A DNA stretch of 64,000 nucleotides from an uncultured candidatus Porisulfidus sp. Its GTDB lineage: Bacteria > Pseudomonadota > Gammaproteobacteria > Poriferisulfidales > Oxydemutatoraceae. A program made the translations under genes and the position numbers. Shown here in pieces: positions 1 to 15,000 of the stretch. The notes under the pieces were generated by a model. The model saw only the letters and a program-made list of their open reading frames with translations, was not told the DNA's origin and did not search any database. Within the stretch, counting starts at the first letter, position 1; every line of letters starts with the position of its first letter. The stretch covers positions 192,001-256,000 of the forward strand of contig OZ244052.1 in NCBI GenBank assembly GCA_965215125.1. The letters run 5' to 3'.

Positions 1-3000
1 ATCACCATTAACATCGGCAGTTGAATAGCTATTGATAATCGAATTATTACCGAATTGTCCCGCTAATCCACCCACATTATTGGTTCCTACTACCGTACCA
101 TCACCGTAACTATTGGTAATTAATCCATTGCCAATTCCGACTAAAGCACCGACTCCCGCCGTTCCCCGTACATTGACATCTGCATGACTATTGATGATGC
201 TACTGCCGGAGTTCGTATTACCGACTATTCCGCCTATTCTAAAACGTCCCGATATGTGGCCGGATACCGAACTATTGGTAATTTCCCCGTTGCTAACACC
301 CGCTAGACCTGCCACTCTATCCTGCCCATGAATATTGACATTTGACAAATTGACATAATCAATTTTAGTCGAGCGTCCCGATATCGTACCAAACAAGCCA
401 ACTCTGCTTTGATTTCTTCGATCAATTCGTAAATTGTAAATCGTGTAGTTATTTCCCTTGAAGGCACTCGTAAAATCGGATATCGGCTGCCAATTTGCAT
501 AAGAACTTAAATCTACATCGCCTAGCAATTCATAACCTATACAAATATCGTCGGGACATCCTCTGGTAGACTTATTCTTATCCGATGATTCCTTAAAACC
601 GCTCCCATCCGGTGCATAACGAACTGCATCCAAAGCACCCGCCGAACGAATGTCTATATAACCATCGTCATCTTGATCTATATCCACGGCGGTTAGCCCG
701 GTATAGCGATTGACCGAGATTCTATAAGCGATATATGACTTGCCGTCTATTGCAAGGTCAATCGTGATTTGTTTATCGTTATCCACCGGTAGATCGGAAA
801 TTAATTCGCCGCTGTTTATATTCTTTTTATAATTCGGATCGGCATCGCTACCGATAATAATCGTAGGTGTCGAATAGCTGTGCGATAACAACGGGATTAG
901 CGTGAGCGTCGTCGTTTGTGGATATACCGTTAGTTTATAATCGTGTTCCAACATCGGGTGCAGTCTCGGATATAATGCGGCATCGGCTTCTACGCCGTCT
1001 ATAGATTCTTGTATCTCCAAACTTACTAAATTGAGATGCTGTCCGTCTATTAATTGACCTCTCATATCGCAGCGGATCCATTTTTCAGAAATAGCGGTGC
1101 TACATAAATCGTTGTCGTATTTGATTGCCGGATATTGTTCGTCGTTGCCGAAATCCCAATCGTTGTTGCTCCATTGATAATAAACCTCGGTCGAGGTACT
1201 GCCTGCCGCAGTCGGCATTCGGAGGGCTTCGGTGCTAACCGCCGACGCACCGCTACTGCTACTGTCGGTTATACCACTCACCGTGCTATCGCTATAACTA
1301 TTCCCGATTGAAGCCCCGTTGGAATTACCGACCAAACCGTCGATTAAAGACCTCCCGGCAACCGTAGCGACCGCATAGCTGTCGTTAATATTCACATTAC
1401 TATCGGCTTTGCCGACCAACCCCCCTACTTCCCTGTTCGCACTTACCGTAGCGATTGCATAACTATTGCTAAGTTGCGAGTAGTTATTCATAATACCGAC
1501 CAAGCCGCCCGCTTGATCGGAACCGCCACGAACATTGACGAATACATAACTATTCGTGATTCCGGAAATCTGCAATTCTTGACTTTCCAAAAAACCGACC
1601 AAGCCGCCGACACCTTCGTTGACCACCTCAACTTCGCCGGTCACGAAGCTATTGCTTATTCTCGATGAACTTGTTGCATGACCGGCGATGCCGCCGACAT
1701 TCCATAAACCCGATACATTAACATTCAACAAACCGATATTATCAATAGTCGCACCCGCAACTTTAGAAAAAAGCCCTGCCGGTAGTGCGGTGATATCGTT
1801 CACATATAGATTGGATATCGTGTAGCCGTTGCCGTTAAATATAGCGGTAAAAGGCTGTGTTTCGTCTCCGATCGGCGGCCAGCCTTGCCCGCCGGTCCAG
1901 GCATTTTTATTAGCCGGATTCTGTGTATCACGATAACTGGTGTGGTCCAGAAAATCCAAGTCATCGATCAGCTCATAACCTATACACCCACTCGCTACGG
2001 CGCAACCCGAAGTATCCGGGGAACCTCCGGGGCCGGCTACATAAGCACTGCCGTCCAAACGATAGCGTATCGCGTGTAAATCTTCCAAATTGTGAATTTC
2101 TATTAAGCCGTCGTTGTCGTAATCTATATCGCTATTATCGTATATACCGTCGTCGTCAAAATCTTTATCAATATTAATAAGATATCTCAGCGAGGCATTG
2201 CCGACTGTAGCATCCGCCGTCGTGATAATCGTAATCGTCGTATTAAACGACGGATCTACGGGGATCGTATAAGTTCGTGTACCGCTACTGGAGATTATCG
2301 AAAAGTCGGCATCCGCCGAACTCGTGATGCGTATCATCACCCAATCGGGATGCTCGGGCACCGGCATCAATTGAATATGCCGATTGTCAAAAAGAGAACG
2401 GATTTTATAATTAAAAATATCCTGCCTGAAATTCGGTTCCAAATGCGACTCGGACAAAGGTAATTCTATATCGATCAAAGTCGGGATGATTTCACGAAGG
2501 AGCATAACAGTATAGGTACGGGTCGTCTCACCGGGCGCGGTTATCTCTATCACGATAGAATTGAAACCTTCTCTTAACGAGATATTTTCCGATAATGTAC
2601 GGTCGGCGGTATATTGATCCTCGTTCACATTGAGCTTGATGCTTGCATCGAGACCTGCTGCCTGCATCGTAATCACGACAGTTTCGGTTGAATTGGAAAC
2701 CGTCGCTCTGTATGCGCTGTTAAGTGTATCAAACCGTGGGCTGAAATTCTTTACCGGTGCTATCGTCAAAGCGGTTAAGTACGAACCCGGCGGGCGGTGT
2801 AGTTGACCCGGAAGTAAAGTACCGCATATCGGTAATATCACCGTTGTATCGGTTGTGGCACGACACGCCGGGTCGGCTTCGTCGCCTATTGCATATTTGA
2901 TACCCGGGTATTGCGCCGCAGAACCAAAATCCCAATCTGCATCGCTCCAGTTGAGATAGATATCACCTGCGCTGCTTCCTGCGGTTCCGGTTTTGAGTTC

Positions 3001-6000
3001 GGCAGTTGTTTTGGCTATACCGCTACTATTATTCGTCGGTATATCGGGGTTGATAGTCCTATTCCAGTAGCTATTATTCGCCGTAACAAAATACGGAATA
3101 ATCCCGCCGCGTTGACTACCTTGTACTCTACCGATAGCATAAGAATTAACAACTCTATCAAATTCGGTCAAAGGTAAATCACCGACTATGCCGCCGCTGC
3201 GTTGATGGCCGGTGACATCTACGGCTGCATAGCTATCGGTAATCGTAACGAGATTTAAGTAGCCAACCAATCCTCCCAGTCGATTAGAGCTATCGTTCCT
3301 TTGTGTTACAGTGCCTATGGCATAACTGTTGTTAATCGGAGCGTCGGTGGACCCGATCAAACCACCGACTCGATTATTTCCCATTAACTCGATCGTTGCA
3401 TAGCTGTTGATTAAGCCGCCTGTTCTATATAGGATACCGGCGATTCCTCCTATATATGCGTTGCCGACGATGCGACCCGATACCGAACTATTATTAATCT
3501 TGCCGCGACCGTTAGCTACTAAACCGGCAACCTGATTCCATCCCCGAACATTTACACTCGCCAGATTGACATAATTAATTTTAGAGTCTTCCGATATCGA
3601 GGCAAACAGGGCAACATCGTTTTGCTCACTTCTGTTTATAGATAGATTGGAGATCGTATAACCGTTGCCGTTGAATACAGTATTGAAATTTGCTATCGGT
3701 TGCCAATTTGCATAAGTACTCAAATCCACATCGTTTGCCAATTCATAACCTATACAAATATCGTCGGGGCATCCTCTGGTAGACTTGCTCCTATCCGCCG
3801 CTTCTCTAAAACCGGTGCCGTCGGTTTGATAACGGAGTGCCGATAATCCGTCGGGTGAACGAATATCTATATAGCCGTCGTCATCGCTATCTATATCGAT
3901 AGCAGTCAGGTCGGTGTAATAGTTTATTAAAATACCGTGTGAAACGAATGGTTTCTCGTCCACATGCAAGGCAACGACAATCTTCGCACCGTTATCCACC
4001 GGAACACCCGAAACGCGGCCACCGCTTGCCACCGCCGATTCGTAACCCGCATCGTTGCCGATAACGATAGTCGCCGTCGAGTGGGTTTTAGACAAAGTCG
4101 GAATTAGGGTGACGGTGGTCGTGCGATCATAAACCGTCAAAGTATAATCGTCTCTGAATAGACTGAGCTGCTCCGGAAATAGTAGCGAATCAAACGCTTC
4201 ACCGTCTATGTGCTCTATGATTTGCAAATCTACCAAACTCAGGTGTTGTCCGGATAACGATTCACCTTCGAAATCGCAGCGCACCCACTTTGTGGGAATA
4301 GAAATATCGCATAAATCGTTATTGTATTTGACTGCCGGATATTGTTCGGCATCACCGAAACTCCAGTTGTCGGTACTCCATTGATAATAAATTTCGGTGG
4401 CGGTACTGCCTGCCGTAGTCGGCATTTGTAGTGCTTCGGTGCTAACAGCCATCCTACCACCTGCGATGCCGCTGATGGTGCTATCCCAATAACTATTACC
4501 GAGCAAAGTACCATTAGAATTACCGATCAGCCCACCCAGCATAGTATTTCCTTGCACGATCGGAATTGCATAACTATTATTGATTTGAGCATCGCCATGA
4601 CCTCTGCCGACCAAACCACCCAACTCTCGGTCTCCGATTAGATTGCTTATCGCATAACTATCGTCTATTGAAGTCGTGCCGTTCATATTGCCGACCAAGC
4701 CCCCCACCAAACCGGTATCCGAAACTATCTCGGCAACCACATAACTATTCTTAATTTCGGATTTCTCGGATGTCATCGCTTCCAATGAACCGACCAAACC
4801 GCCGGCACTTCTATTAGCCGTCGCAATATCACCGGTCACGAAACTATTGCTTATTATCGAAGCATCGCTTGCTCGACCGACAAGCCCTCCGGTATCCCAC
4901 GCCCCGGTGATCTTTACATTCAATAAACCGACATAATCGATTATCGCTCCCGAAGTCCGAGAAAAAAATCCTATCGGAAATCCGCTCGTGTTATAAATAA
5001 ATAAATTAGAGATTGTGTAACCGTTGCCGTTGAAGATGCCCGTATAAGGTTGCGCGCCGGTACCCAAGGGAAGCCATCCTCCTCCGGTGGTCCAAGCTAT
5101 TTTATTAGCCCTACGAGTTATCGCATCACGATAACTGCTATCGTCCAGAAAATCCAAATTTTTGGTGAGCTCGTATCCTATACAACCACTTCCGGTGGCA
5201 CAACCGGTCGTGTCTTTGGGTTCTCCGGCGCGAATAACATAACCGCTACCGTCTAATTGAAAACGCATTCTATCCAAGTCTTCGAGACTGTGAACCTCTA
5301 TCAAACCATCGTTGTCGTCGTCTACATCCATTCCGTTGGGAATGCCGTCGCCGTCGCTATCCTGTACAACATTGATTTGATAGACCACCGAAATAGCGGT
5401 GCTTACGATAGCGGTACTTACGGTGATCGTAATCGTCGTATTGGACAATGTATCCAGGGGAATCGCTGCGCTTCGAATACCACTCTCGGCAGCGAGAGAA
5501 AAATCGGGATCCGCCGAGCTCGTGATATTAATGCTCGCCGAGGCGGTACTGCTTAGCGTAGCGATCAAACTAATATCACTTATATCAAGAGAAGTATGCA
5601 GACTATAATTAAATACACTGCTCTCAAAATTCGGCTGCAAGTTCGCATCGCTCAAAGATAAATCCAGATCACTCAAAAAAGCGATATCGGCACCCCGATT
5701 AGGTCCGGTGACCAGTAGCGTATATGATTTTGTAGAAAAACCGTCACCCGAGGTCGATTTTATCTTAATATCGTTTATGTATTGATTGCCGTCTAAATTA
5801 ACCGCTTGACTCAAACTACCGATTCCTTCGCCGAAGGTGTCCGGGGTGCAGGTGCCGCAAGTTCCGGTAATGACTGCATTCTTGTGTGCCGCTTCCGCTT
5901 TGACTACGACATTTCCGGTAGAGATACGCACAATATAACTACCTTGCTCGCTGTCAAAACCTTTTACTAAATTGATCTCCGACTCGCTTTCGTATAACTC

Positions 6001-9000
6001 CAGTTTTGCCAATGCCGCCTCGCTACCCGCTTCTCTGGTCACCGCCAAAGTATAGCTTCGGGTTGTCGTTTGATCCGGCGATGTCACTAAAATTACAACC
6101 GTCTTTAGTTCCCCTGCGTCCGCCAGTGCGACATTCACCGTAGCGGTGTTCACTGTCGGAGGATTACCGTCTATCGCGATTGTCGCCTCGCTCTCGCCGG
6201 CCTGCGCATCGATGCCGAGTATAGTCGTTTCAACCGGCATACTGACTTCATAATGACTCAGACGAGGCTGAAACTCAAACGGTAAATTGCTGGGTGGTGA
6301 CAACTTGATATAAGCCAAGTCGGCATTATCGCTTTGCGCTTCGGCACGAATGATTTTCAGTAGATAACGCCTGCTTATTTCTTTATCCTCGGAAGTCACG
6401 ACCACACTGACAGTCGTAGTTTGCCCGGCACCGAGATCGGTAATCTCGGTATTGGCTTCCCTATTTATAATATCTACGGGTATTCCGTTTATCGTAATAG
6501 TAGCATTTTGATCGGCAACTCGCGCGGTCAACAAAACCGAAATCACACTGTTGCCGAACGATACGGTACAATCGGTGTTGCAACGCTCAAAATCTAAATT
6601 ACCGGGCGTTATCGATAAATCCTCTAGATTCGCATTATTGTTAAGCCTATGTATTTCTATGATACTGGATTGCTCGGAACCGTCCACGGCGCGCACCGTA
6701 ATCGTTATTGATCTTGTTCCGGTGCGCAAATCGAATTCCATTTCGCGTACACCGGTCGTGAAGTTGTCTCCGTCTATGCTCAACTCTGCACCGACATGAG
6801 CAGCCTCGGCTATCAGCGTAATTACATCCTCGCCACGCTTGACTCCTGCGCGATACCTTATAATTTCCTCATCTTCATCGGTAGAGATTCGTTGCAAATC
6901 AATCAGGCGCGTGCCTGCTTTTAAGCTCAATCTTCTCAAGCTTGCATCGTCGGCACCCGGCCCCCGATAAGTAACCGGTCTGGATCCGACAAAATTGCGA
7001 AAACCTTGTCCATCCGTATAGCCAATCCATACACCATAGCGACGATTGGGGCTTACATTTCTAAGCGAGTAGGTGCTACTGGTCGCACCCGCTATAGGAA
7101 ACGAGAAATCAGTATTAGGCAAGTAGATTTGCCAGCTATATCTAATAGAAGGATTCGGACTTACGCCATCGGGATCCTCGGACAAATCAAGTTTCACAAC
7201 ATAATTTTCACCTTCCTGCACCGGAGCACCCACAAAGATAACGCCGTTTTGAACTTTCTCAATTTCCAACTGTATTTTATTAGTGGCAATTATGTTGCGA
7301 TACTTTAATTTCAAGACTAAATCCAGATAACTATACTGAGCAGTCGGTCCCTGAACTAGGTTTGTGGGTATCGTCGGCAACTGCAAAGTAGCATTGGTTT
7401 TTATCGTATCCTGCAACAAATTGATGCCCGATAAATCAATCCATTCATAACTTATATCCTCACTACTGTCTTCGATTTCCATAGTGGCTTCGCCGGGGAA
7501 TGTTGCCCATATATCATAACCTCCTATAAGCCGTTCACCGGAAGCACCTTCGGATATTGTATAGCTGTCGTCTAGCTGATGATAAGGAGTAGCGAAGCTC
7601 GGAACGATATTAACCACATCCAAATTATAGAAAAGGCGAATCCTTTGATACGGCAAAAAAGTTGTATCCCTATGGTACATACGCAAGAGGTTGATATCAC
7701 GAATAATGGTATACGGTTGCCCGTTATCGACCACATTACGTTCTATACTCATATAACTAAGGGTTTCGGGATTTTCTACAAACGGAGTGACTTCGACTCG
7801 TCTCTCGGTGCCGCCGACGACGATGGAGTAATTGCCTACATTACTTCTAATCCTCGGCAATACTAACCGATTCTCATCCACAGCAATTTCTTGCAATCCC
7901 ATACGCTGATATCCCAGCAGTTTTGTGCAACTACCGGGATCGGCTTCAACCGCACATTCCGAATTCCTAATCGCAGGATAGTGTCTATCGCTACCGAAAT
8001 TCCAATCGCTAATAAGCCAATCTCTATATATTCCGGTGGCGGTGGTCGGTGTTTTAAGTTCCGCGCTATTCTTGCCTCTGCTATCATTCTCGTCGGATAT
8101 TCCGCTAAGTTCGGTATCCCAATAGCTATCTTCTACTAGGGCTTTGTTGATTTCAAAACCGATTAAGCCACCTCTGGGATGATTTCCCGAAACTTTACCG
8201 GTTGCATAGCTATTTTGGATATTACTTATATTAAAGCCCACCAAACCACCGATATCGCCGATCGGACCGGTCGCTCTTATATTACCTATCGCATAACTAT
8301 CTCGAATAACACTGTTATCTACATTAATACCTGTCAATCCCCCGATCAAACTGTATGCGGTTATAGGTATACTCGCATGGCTATGGGCAATAAGACTGCC
8401 TCGGGTATTGCCTCCGACCAAGCCGCCCACATATTGGCTTTTCCCCGAGCATGTTATAACGGTAGACGGTGTGGTATTTATGAACGATAGGTTCTGTATG
8501 TACGCGAAACTATAGTCTATGATCCCACCGTCGTTGCGGCCGACTAGACCACCGAACCATTGCCCGCCGTCGCAAATTATTTCGGGACGATCTACGAAGC
8601 TGTTGCTAATGGTGCCCGAATTTCTACCGACCAAACCACCGAGATGGCTGTTGCCTCTTATATAAGCGTCGAAAGCCGCAACACGAGAGATATGTCCGGC
8701 GTTATTTGCCGCTAAAGCACCGGCCTCTATACTGCCGATAATGATCGGTCTATTAAAAACCATATGGCTGATTTTTGCATCCTCACCGATTTCCCCGAAA
8801 AATCCTGCAGAGGTTCTATTGTACACCCACAGACCAAAGAGTCTTTGACTATTACCGTCGAATACAGCGTTGAATTTATTATCGGCAGAGCCGATCGGAG
8901 GCCATCCGAGAACGGCCGATTCTTCCGGAAAAAATACCCGTGGCCAAAGCTTTCTATTCTCCAGTCTCCAATAATAACGTCCCACTTGTGCAACCGTATC

Positions 9001-12000
9001 GCTCGCTTCCCCTATATCTAAAGTTCTAACCATCTCATAACCGCGGCATTTCTCTATGCCATCGACCAAGGGACAACCTGCGCTAAGTAGAACCGCAGTG
9101 CTACTCGCTCTATAACCGGCACCATCCATCTGATAACGCATCACATTAAGCTCATCTACATATCTGAGTTCGATCAAACCGTCGCCGTCTTCGTCCACAT
9201 CCAATTGATGCGGCAATACACTCTCGCAACTCGGGCGGCCGCTTCCGCTACATGCAGGTAGTGCGGTGTCGGATCCCGGCGCATATCTAAGAAATGGATA
9301 TCTAGGATAGCTTTCCTCCGGGCTACCGAATTTCCAATCCTCATTCCTCCAGGTACGGTAAGTCGTCCCTTCTAAGCCACCATTACTTTGAGATGTTTGC
9401 AGTTCTTTGACAAATCTAGGACTGCCATTGAAAGAGTCAAGAATAAATTGCGGTTCAACATTCCAATGACAATTACCCGAAATGCCGTCGTGATTGGATC
9501 CAATCAGCATCTTACCCACATGATTATAAAAATCGGTATACGGTTCTACCAAGCTGAGACCTGTAAAGTAGCATTTATTAAGTTCTGCCCTATTCGCTCC
9601 GATCACACCACCGATTTGTCTACGTCCGAATACATTAGCCCTAACATAGACATCGCTGATCGTCGCACCGTCGTCGTTAAGGCCTGTGAGGCCACCGACT
9701 CGATAATTTTCTCCTACACCTCTGACTTCACCCATCACATAACTGTTGATAATATCGCCTCCGTTGTTCCAACCGACCAAGCCACCTACTCGGGTATTCC
9801 CGGTCCGCCGACCGATTGCGAAGCTGTTGGCAATCACTCCGCCGTTGTTCCATCCGATTAATCCACCTACATTATTTCGCCCGTTAATGTCGATCTGTAG
9901 CAAACCGATATTAAAGATAGTACTGGCACTCGTAACACCGAATAAAGCGATATAATCGCTATCCGCTCTGTCTATCATAAGATTGAAAATCGTATGGCCG
10001 TTACCGTCAAAAATAGCTCTAAAGGGTTGACGACCGGTTCCTATCGGATTCCAGCCTGCCCCGGTAGTCCAAGCGGTTTTATCCGACTGGTTCAGATAAT
10101 CCGCTTCATCTAAAAAGTCCAAATCCGATCGTAGTTCAAAGCCTTTGCAGCCACCGTTCCGAGGGCAACCGGTTGTATTCTTAACATCTTCGGCATCTTC
10201 CATATAACCGCTGCCGTCTAAGTTATGGCGGATTGCGTTCAACCCGTGCAAACTATAAATTTCTATCAACCCGTCGCCGTCGGCATCTATATCGCCGCTA
10301 TCGAGAATACCGTCGCCGTCGGCATCTCGCCTGACATCGATTCGATATATCACCGAGTCCTCTCCGCGATCCAAGCTCGTTGTTACGATGATCGTAATAA
10401 TCGTAGCAGCACTCAAATTCAACGGGATTGCATCGCTTTGCATACCGCTTTGCGCATTAATAGAAAAGCCGCTATCCGCCGAACTCAAGATATTGATGGT
10501 GACCGATTCGGTACTCGCCAAGGTCGGTGTCACTTGCAACTGTCGTATCCCCAGAGGTGCGTTGAGTATATAGTCGGATAACTCACCTTCAAAACGCGGT
10601 TGCAAATAAGCATAATCCAAAGATAATTCTAAATTTTCTAATCGTTGCGCACGATCGGACTCTCTAATCACCGTCAAGTGATAGCTCTTCATCGTCGTTC
10701 TATCGGGTGATTCTACGGTAATCGTAATTGGGGTTTCTTGCTCTATGTCCGCTAGCATGATATCCGCCGTGGCGGCACGAACAGACAAAGGCCGATTGTT
10801 TATTGCAACAAATCCCTGACCCTCGCTCGCTTGCGCATGCACTCGAAGTATTCGTGTCGGAGTAGAAACACCGATCCGGTATTGATCGATGTCGCGACTA
10901 AACATAAGCGGTAAATTACCGGGTGGCGATATTTGCAGGTCGGCGAGATCGGCATTATCGCTTCGTGCGACTGCCCGAACTATGCCGAGCCTATAGGTCT
11001 TCGTCGTCTCTCTATCTGCGGCGGTTACCACGATAGTAACGATATTCTCAATATTTACGGCTAAATTAGCGACATCCGTACTCGCAACACCATCTCTCAA
11101 TACGGCAGGCACACCGTCTATAGCGATACTCGCCTCTCTATCGGCAATTTCTGCCGTCACCGAAGCCGCATTAATACTATTATCTACGGTGATGGTACAG
11201 TCGGTATCACAGCGACTAAAGTCCAAGTTGCCCGGGATTACCGCTAAATCCCTTAAATTCGCATTATTACTTTTCCTACGCTTCACTGCAACGGTATAAG
11301 TTTGTGTATTTCCGTTCGGGGCACGCGCTTCTATCTCTATCAGGTTCGTACCGACTTCCACACCGATATCCACCGTTCGCTCATTCAATAAAAAGTGATC
11401 TCCGTTTATGCTCAATGCGGTAAGATTATGGCGAGTTGCCACTACCAGCGCAACAGTATCTATGTTGTTCACAACCTCTGCTTCGTACCGAGTTGCCGTA
11501 CTTTCTATGGTAAAAGACGGAGTCAAAGCAACGACATCACCATCCGCTCTCAATTCCAACTTTTCCAAACCTATATCTTCGGAGTTCGGATCGTTATAAG
11601 TAATCGGAAGTGATACAAGCCGTTGCGAATAATTTTGCCCGTCTGTATACTCAACCCATACGCGATATTGATTATCTTGAATCGCATTCGCAAAAAGATA
11701 ATAGGAATTCGTCCCATTTTCTATATCGCGCCAAGGTTCCGAATCGGACGCACGGGTCTGCCATTGGTATTCGAGCCTCGGGTTCGGACTAACTCCGTCC
11801 GGATCTTCCGACAGATCGACGGCAATTCCGTATCGGTCGGGCTCTATGAACGGAGCCTCCAGCGAAATGGAACCATTGTTAGCTTTAATAACCCTCAAAG
11901 TGATCGTTCTATTGCTACTCGTTTCACGATAGCGTATATTCAAACGTAGTTTAATATCGCTCAATTCGATATTCTCCGGGATCATAGCTACGGGTATTTG

Positions 12001-15000
12001 AGGCACCATCAAATTAATCTGCCGAGTATCCACCGTCGATAAAATATCGCTGCCCGACAAATCACTCCATAAATAGCTCAGATGCATGCCGGCGGAGATT
12101 TCCTCAAAAGCATCTCTATCAAATACAGTGGATATTCTGCCAAGTAACAATTCGCCTTCCAACTCGGAATCCAAAACATCGCCCTCGGTGATTGAAATGA
12201 TGCCACCTTCGTCCAGCTCCTCGTTGTTATAATTAATTTTGGTAATCATCCTATTTATATAAAATGTAAGAGAAACACTTCTACTTCTATGCGAAACGAA
12301 ATTGAAGTTGGATTTTTGTATGTCTATACGAAATTCGTCAAAAACTCTAAACCTATGTGTTTGCCGATCGTCTAAATCAGTATTTCTGATTCTCATAGAA
12401 TAAAGCCTACTCGGATCGTCTACAAAAGGCGTTACTTCAATTTCCCTTTGGCCTTCCGGAACAACTATATCGTAGATTGCCCGCGGCGGCCTGAGCTGCG
12501 GGACTAAGGTATTATGCGGTGGCAAAAGCAATGCCTGCAATGTCAAACGTTGTGCTCCCAATAATTGCATACACGCGTCGGGATCAACTTCGTTCACACA
12601 AACAGGAGACTTGATTACCGGATATTGTAAATCGCTACCGAAATCCCAATCGACATGATGCCAATTCGTGTATATCTCGGTTGCAGTGGTCGACTTTTTA
12701 AGCTGTTCGCCAGGCAAGCCCGTACCGCCGGCACTTTGCGATAATCCACTCAGCTCGGTATTCCAATAGCTATCTATTACCGAACCATTTTCGTCCGTAG
12801 AACCGACCAAACCGCCTATAGCATCCCTTCCCGACACCTTTCCGATCGAATAGCTATTAGCAATTCTGCCGGTATTAACACCGACCAAACCACCGACCTG
12901 ACCGGAAGAAGCTCCGAGCGTGCTGATTGCTTCCACATCCTCGAGTGCATAACTGTTTTCAATATCGCTCCCCTCGCTATTGAGACCTACCAAGCCACCT
13001 ATCGAACTCCCCCCCGTTACCAACACTTGCGCAAAGCTGTGGGTGACCGTACTATTCTCGGTATTGCCTCCGACCAAACCACCGATATACCGACTTCCTT
13101 CCGAGCAGAATATCCTGTTGAAGTATCTATCGAATGTATGGACATAACTATAGGAGAGCATCGCACCTTTATCGTTGCGCCCTACTAGACCACCGTGCCA
13201 TTGTCCGGCACCGCATCTCATGTCCAAATCGTTTATAAAGGTATTGTGTATAGTGCCGTTATTCGTACCGACTAAGCCACCGACGAGGCTATCCCCTTCT
13301 ACAAAACCGAAATAAAGACCGATTTCACTAACACTGCCCGAGTTACTAGCCGCTAAAGTACCGACCTCGGTACCACCGACAACCCTCGGAAATAAAAAAA
13401 GAACACCGTTGACTTCGGCATTCCTACTTATGTCTGCAAAAAATCCGGCAGCCGATCGATTATCCAACCATAAATCATGGAGGCCATATCTATTGCCTTC
13501 AAATACTGCATCTAAGCCATCACCGGCTAAACCGATCGGTGGCCATCCCGAACCGACACGTTCTCGCGGTGACCAAAGATGTCTATTTTCAATGTTCCAA
13601 TAATAATAGTCTATCTCGGTATCGTTATCGTCTATACCTCCGAAACCCATCTCTCTAGCAAGTTCATAACCTCTGCATTTTTCTATGCCGTTGACGACGG
13701 GGCAACCTTTGCCGACTAAGGTCGCCGAGCTGTTCGCTCTATAACCCATACCATCCAACTGATAACGCATCGCATTAAGTTCCTCTATATATCTGAGTTC
13801 TATCAAGCCGTCGTTATCTTGATCTATATCAAATTGATCGGGCAACATACTCCCACAGCGCGGCATTTCCGTTGTGCTACAAACCGATAAACCGGCGACG
13901 GAACCTGTCTTATATTTAAGCATCGGGTATTGCGGATAATTATGCTCTATGTTGGCGAATTCCCAATCGTCGCTACTCCATGTGTAGAATATACTATCCG
14001 AATCACTATCTTGACCGACTTGTGTTTGAAGGCTTTTAGTAACCGCAGCACCGTCAAGAGAGTGTGTACCCTGAACGGAATCAAAGTTAAATTGACTCTC
14101 AAAATTCCAATGGCTCATGTTTATTGTCCCTCCCTGATTGGATCCTGCGATGCCACCGCCGAGATTTTGAAATATATCTACAGACGGCGTAACCCGACTG
14201 ATACCGGTGGCATAACTTTTAGTAATATCGGCACTGTTTACCCCGACTATGCCACCGACCTTATCTCGCCCGCTCACATTGCTTCGGGTGTAGCAGTTAA
14301 CAATTCTACCATCCCTACTATTCATGCCCGTCAAACCGCCGGCGTCGCCGCCTGCCGCTACAGCTTCGATCTCCCCCATCGCATAACTATTGTGAATCTC
14401 ACCACCGTCATTCCAACCGACCAAAAGTCCAATCCGATTATTCGCGACCAGCCGACCGATTGCATAGCTGTTAATAATCGTGCTACGGTCACTCCGTCCG
14501 AGCAAACCTCCTACGATGTATCTACCGTAGACTTCTAGATTCAATAAACCGACATTAATGATACCGGCTTGACGCGCGAGACCGAATAAAGCAACACGAT
14601 CGCTCTGCCGTCTGTCCATCCTTAGATTGGAAATCGTATAACCGTTACCGTTAAAGATACCCGTAAAGGCTTCCGAAGTGGTTCCGATGGATTGCCACCC
14701 TTCCCCGCTAGTCCAAATAGCTTTGTTATCAACAAAACGATAACTTGAATCCTCCAGAAAGTCCAAGTCTCCGGTTAATTCATAGCCGATGCAACCACTC
14801 GCAGGACATCCTGCGGTAACTTTGATTTGTGAGTCGCTACCGCGTCTATAGCCGCTGCCGTCTAGTTGATAACGGATCGCATTCAGTTCCTCCAAAGTGC
14901 AGATCTCTATCAGGCCGTCACCGTCTTCGTCTATATCCGATGCGCCTCCCAAATCGTCTTCGTCGGCATCGCTGTCTTCTTCATTTATAACGCATAGTAT

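Noticed and set aside
303-14538. Many short ORFs on both strands in the first 15 kb
   Set aside because: They are off-frame or antisense to the single giant minus-strand ORF.
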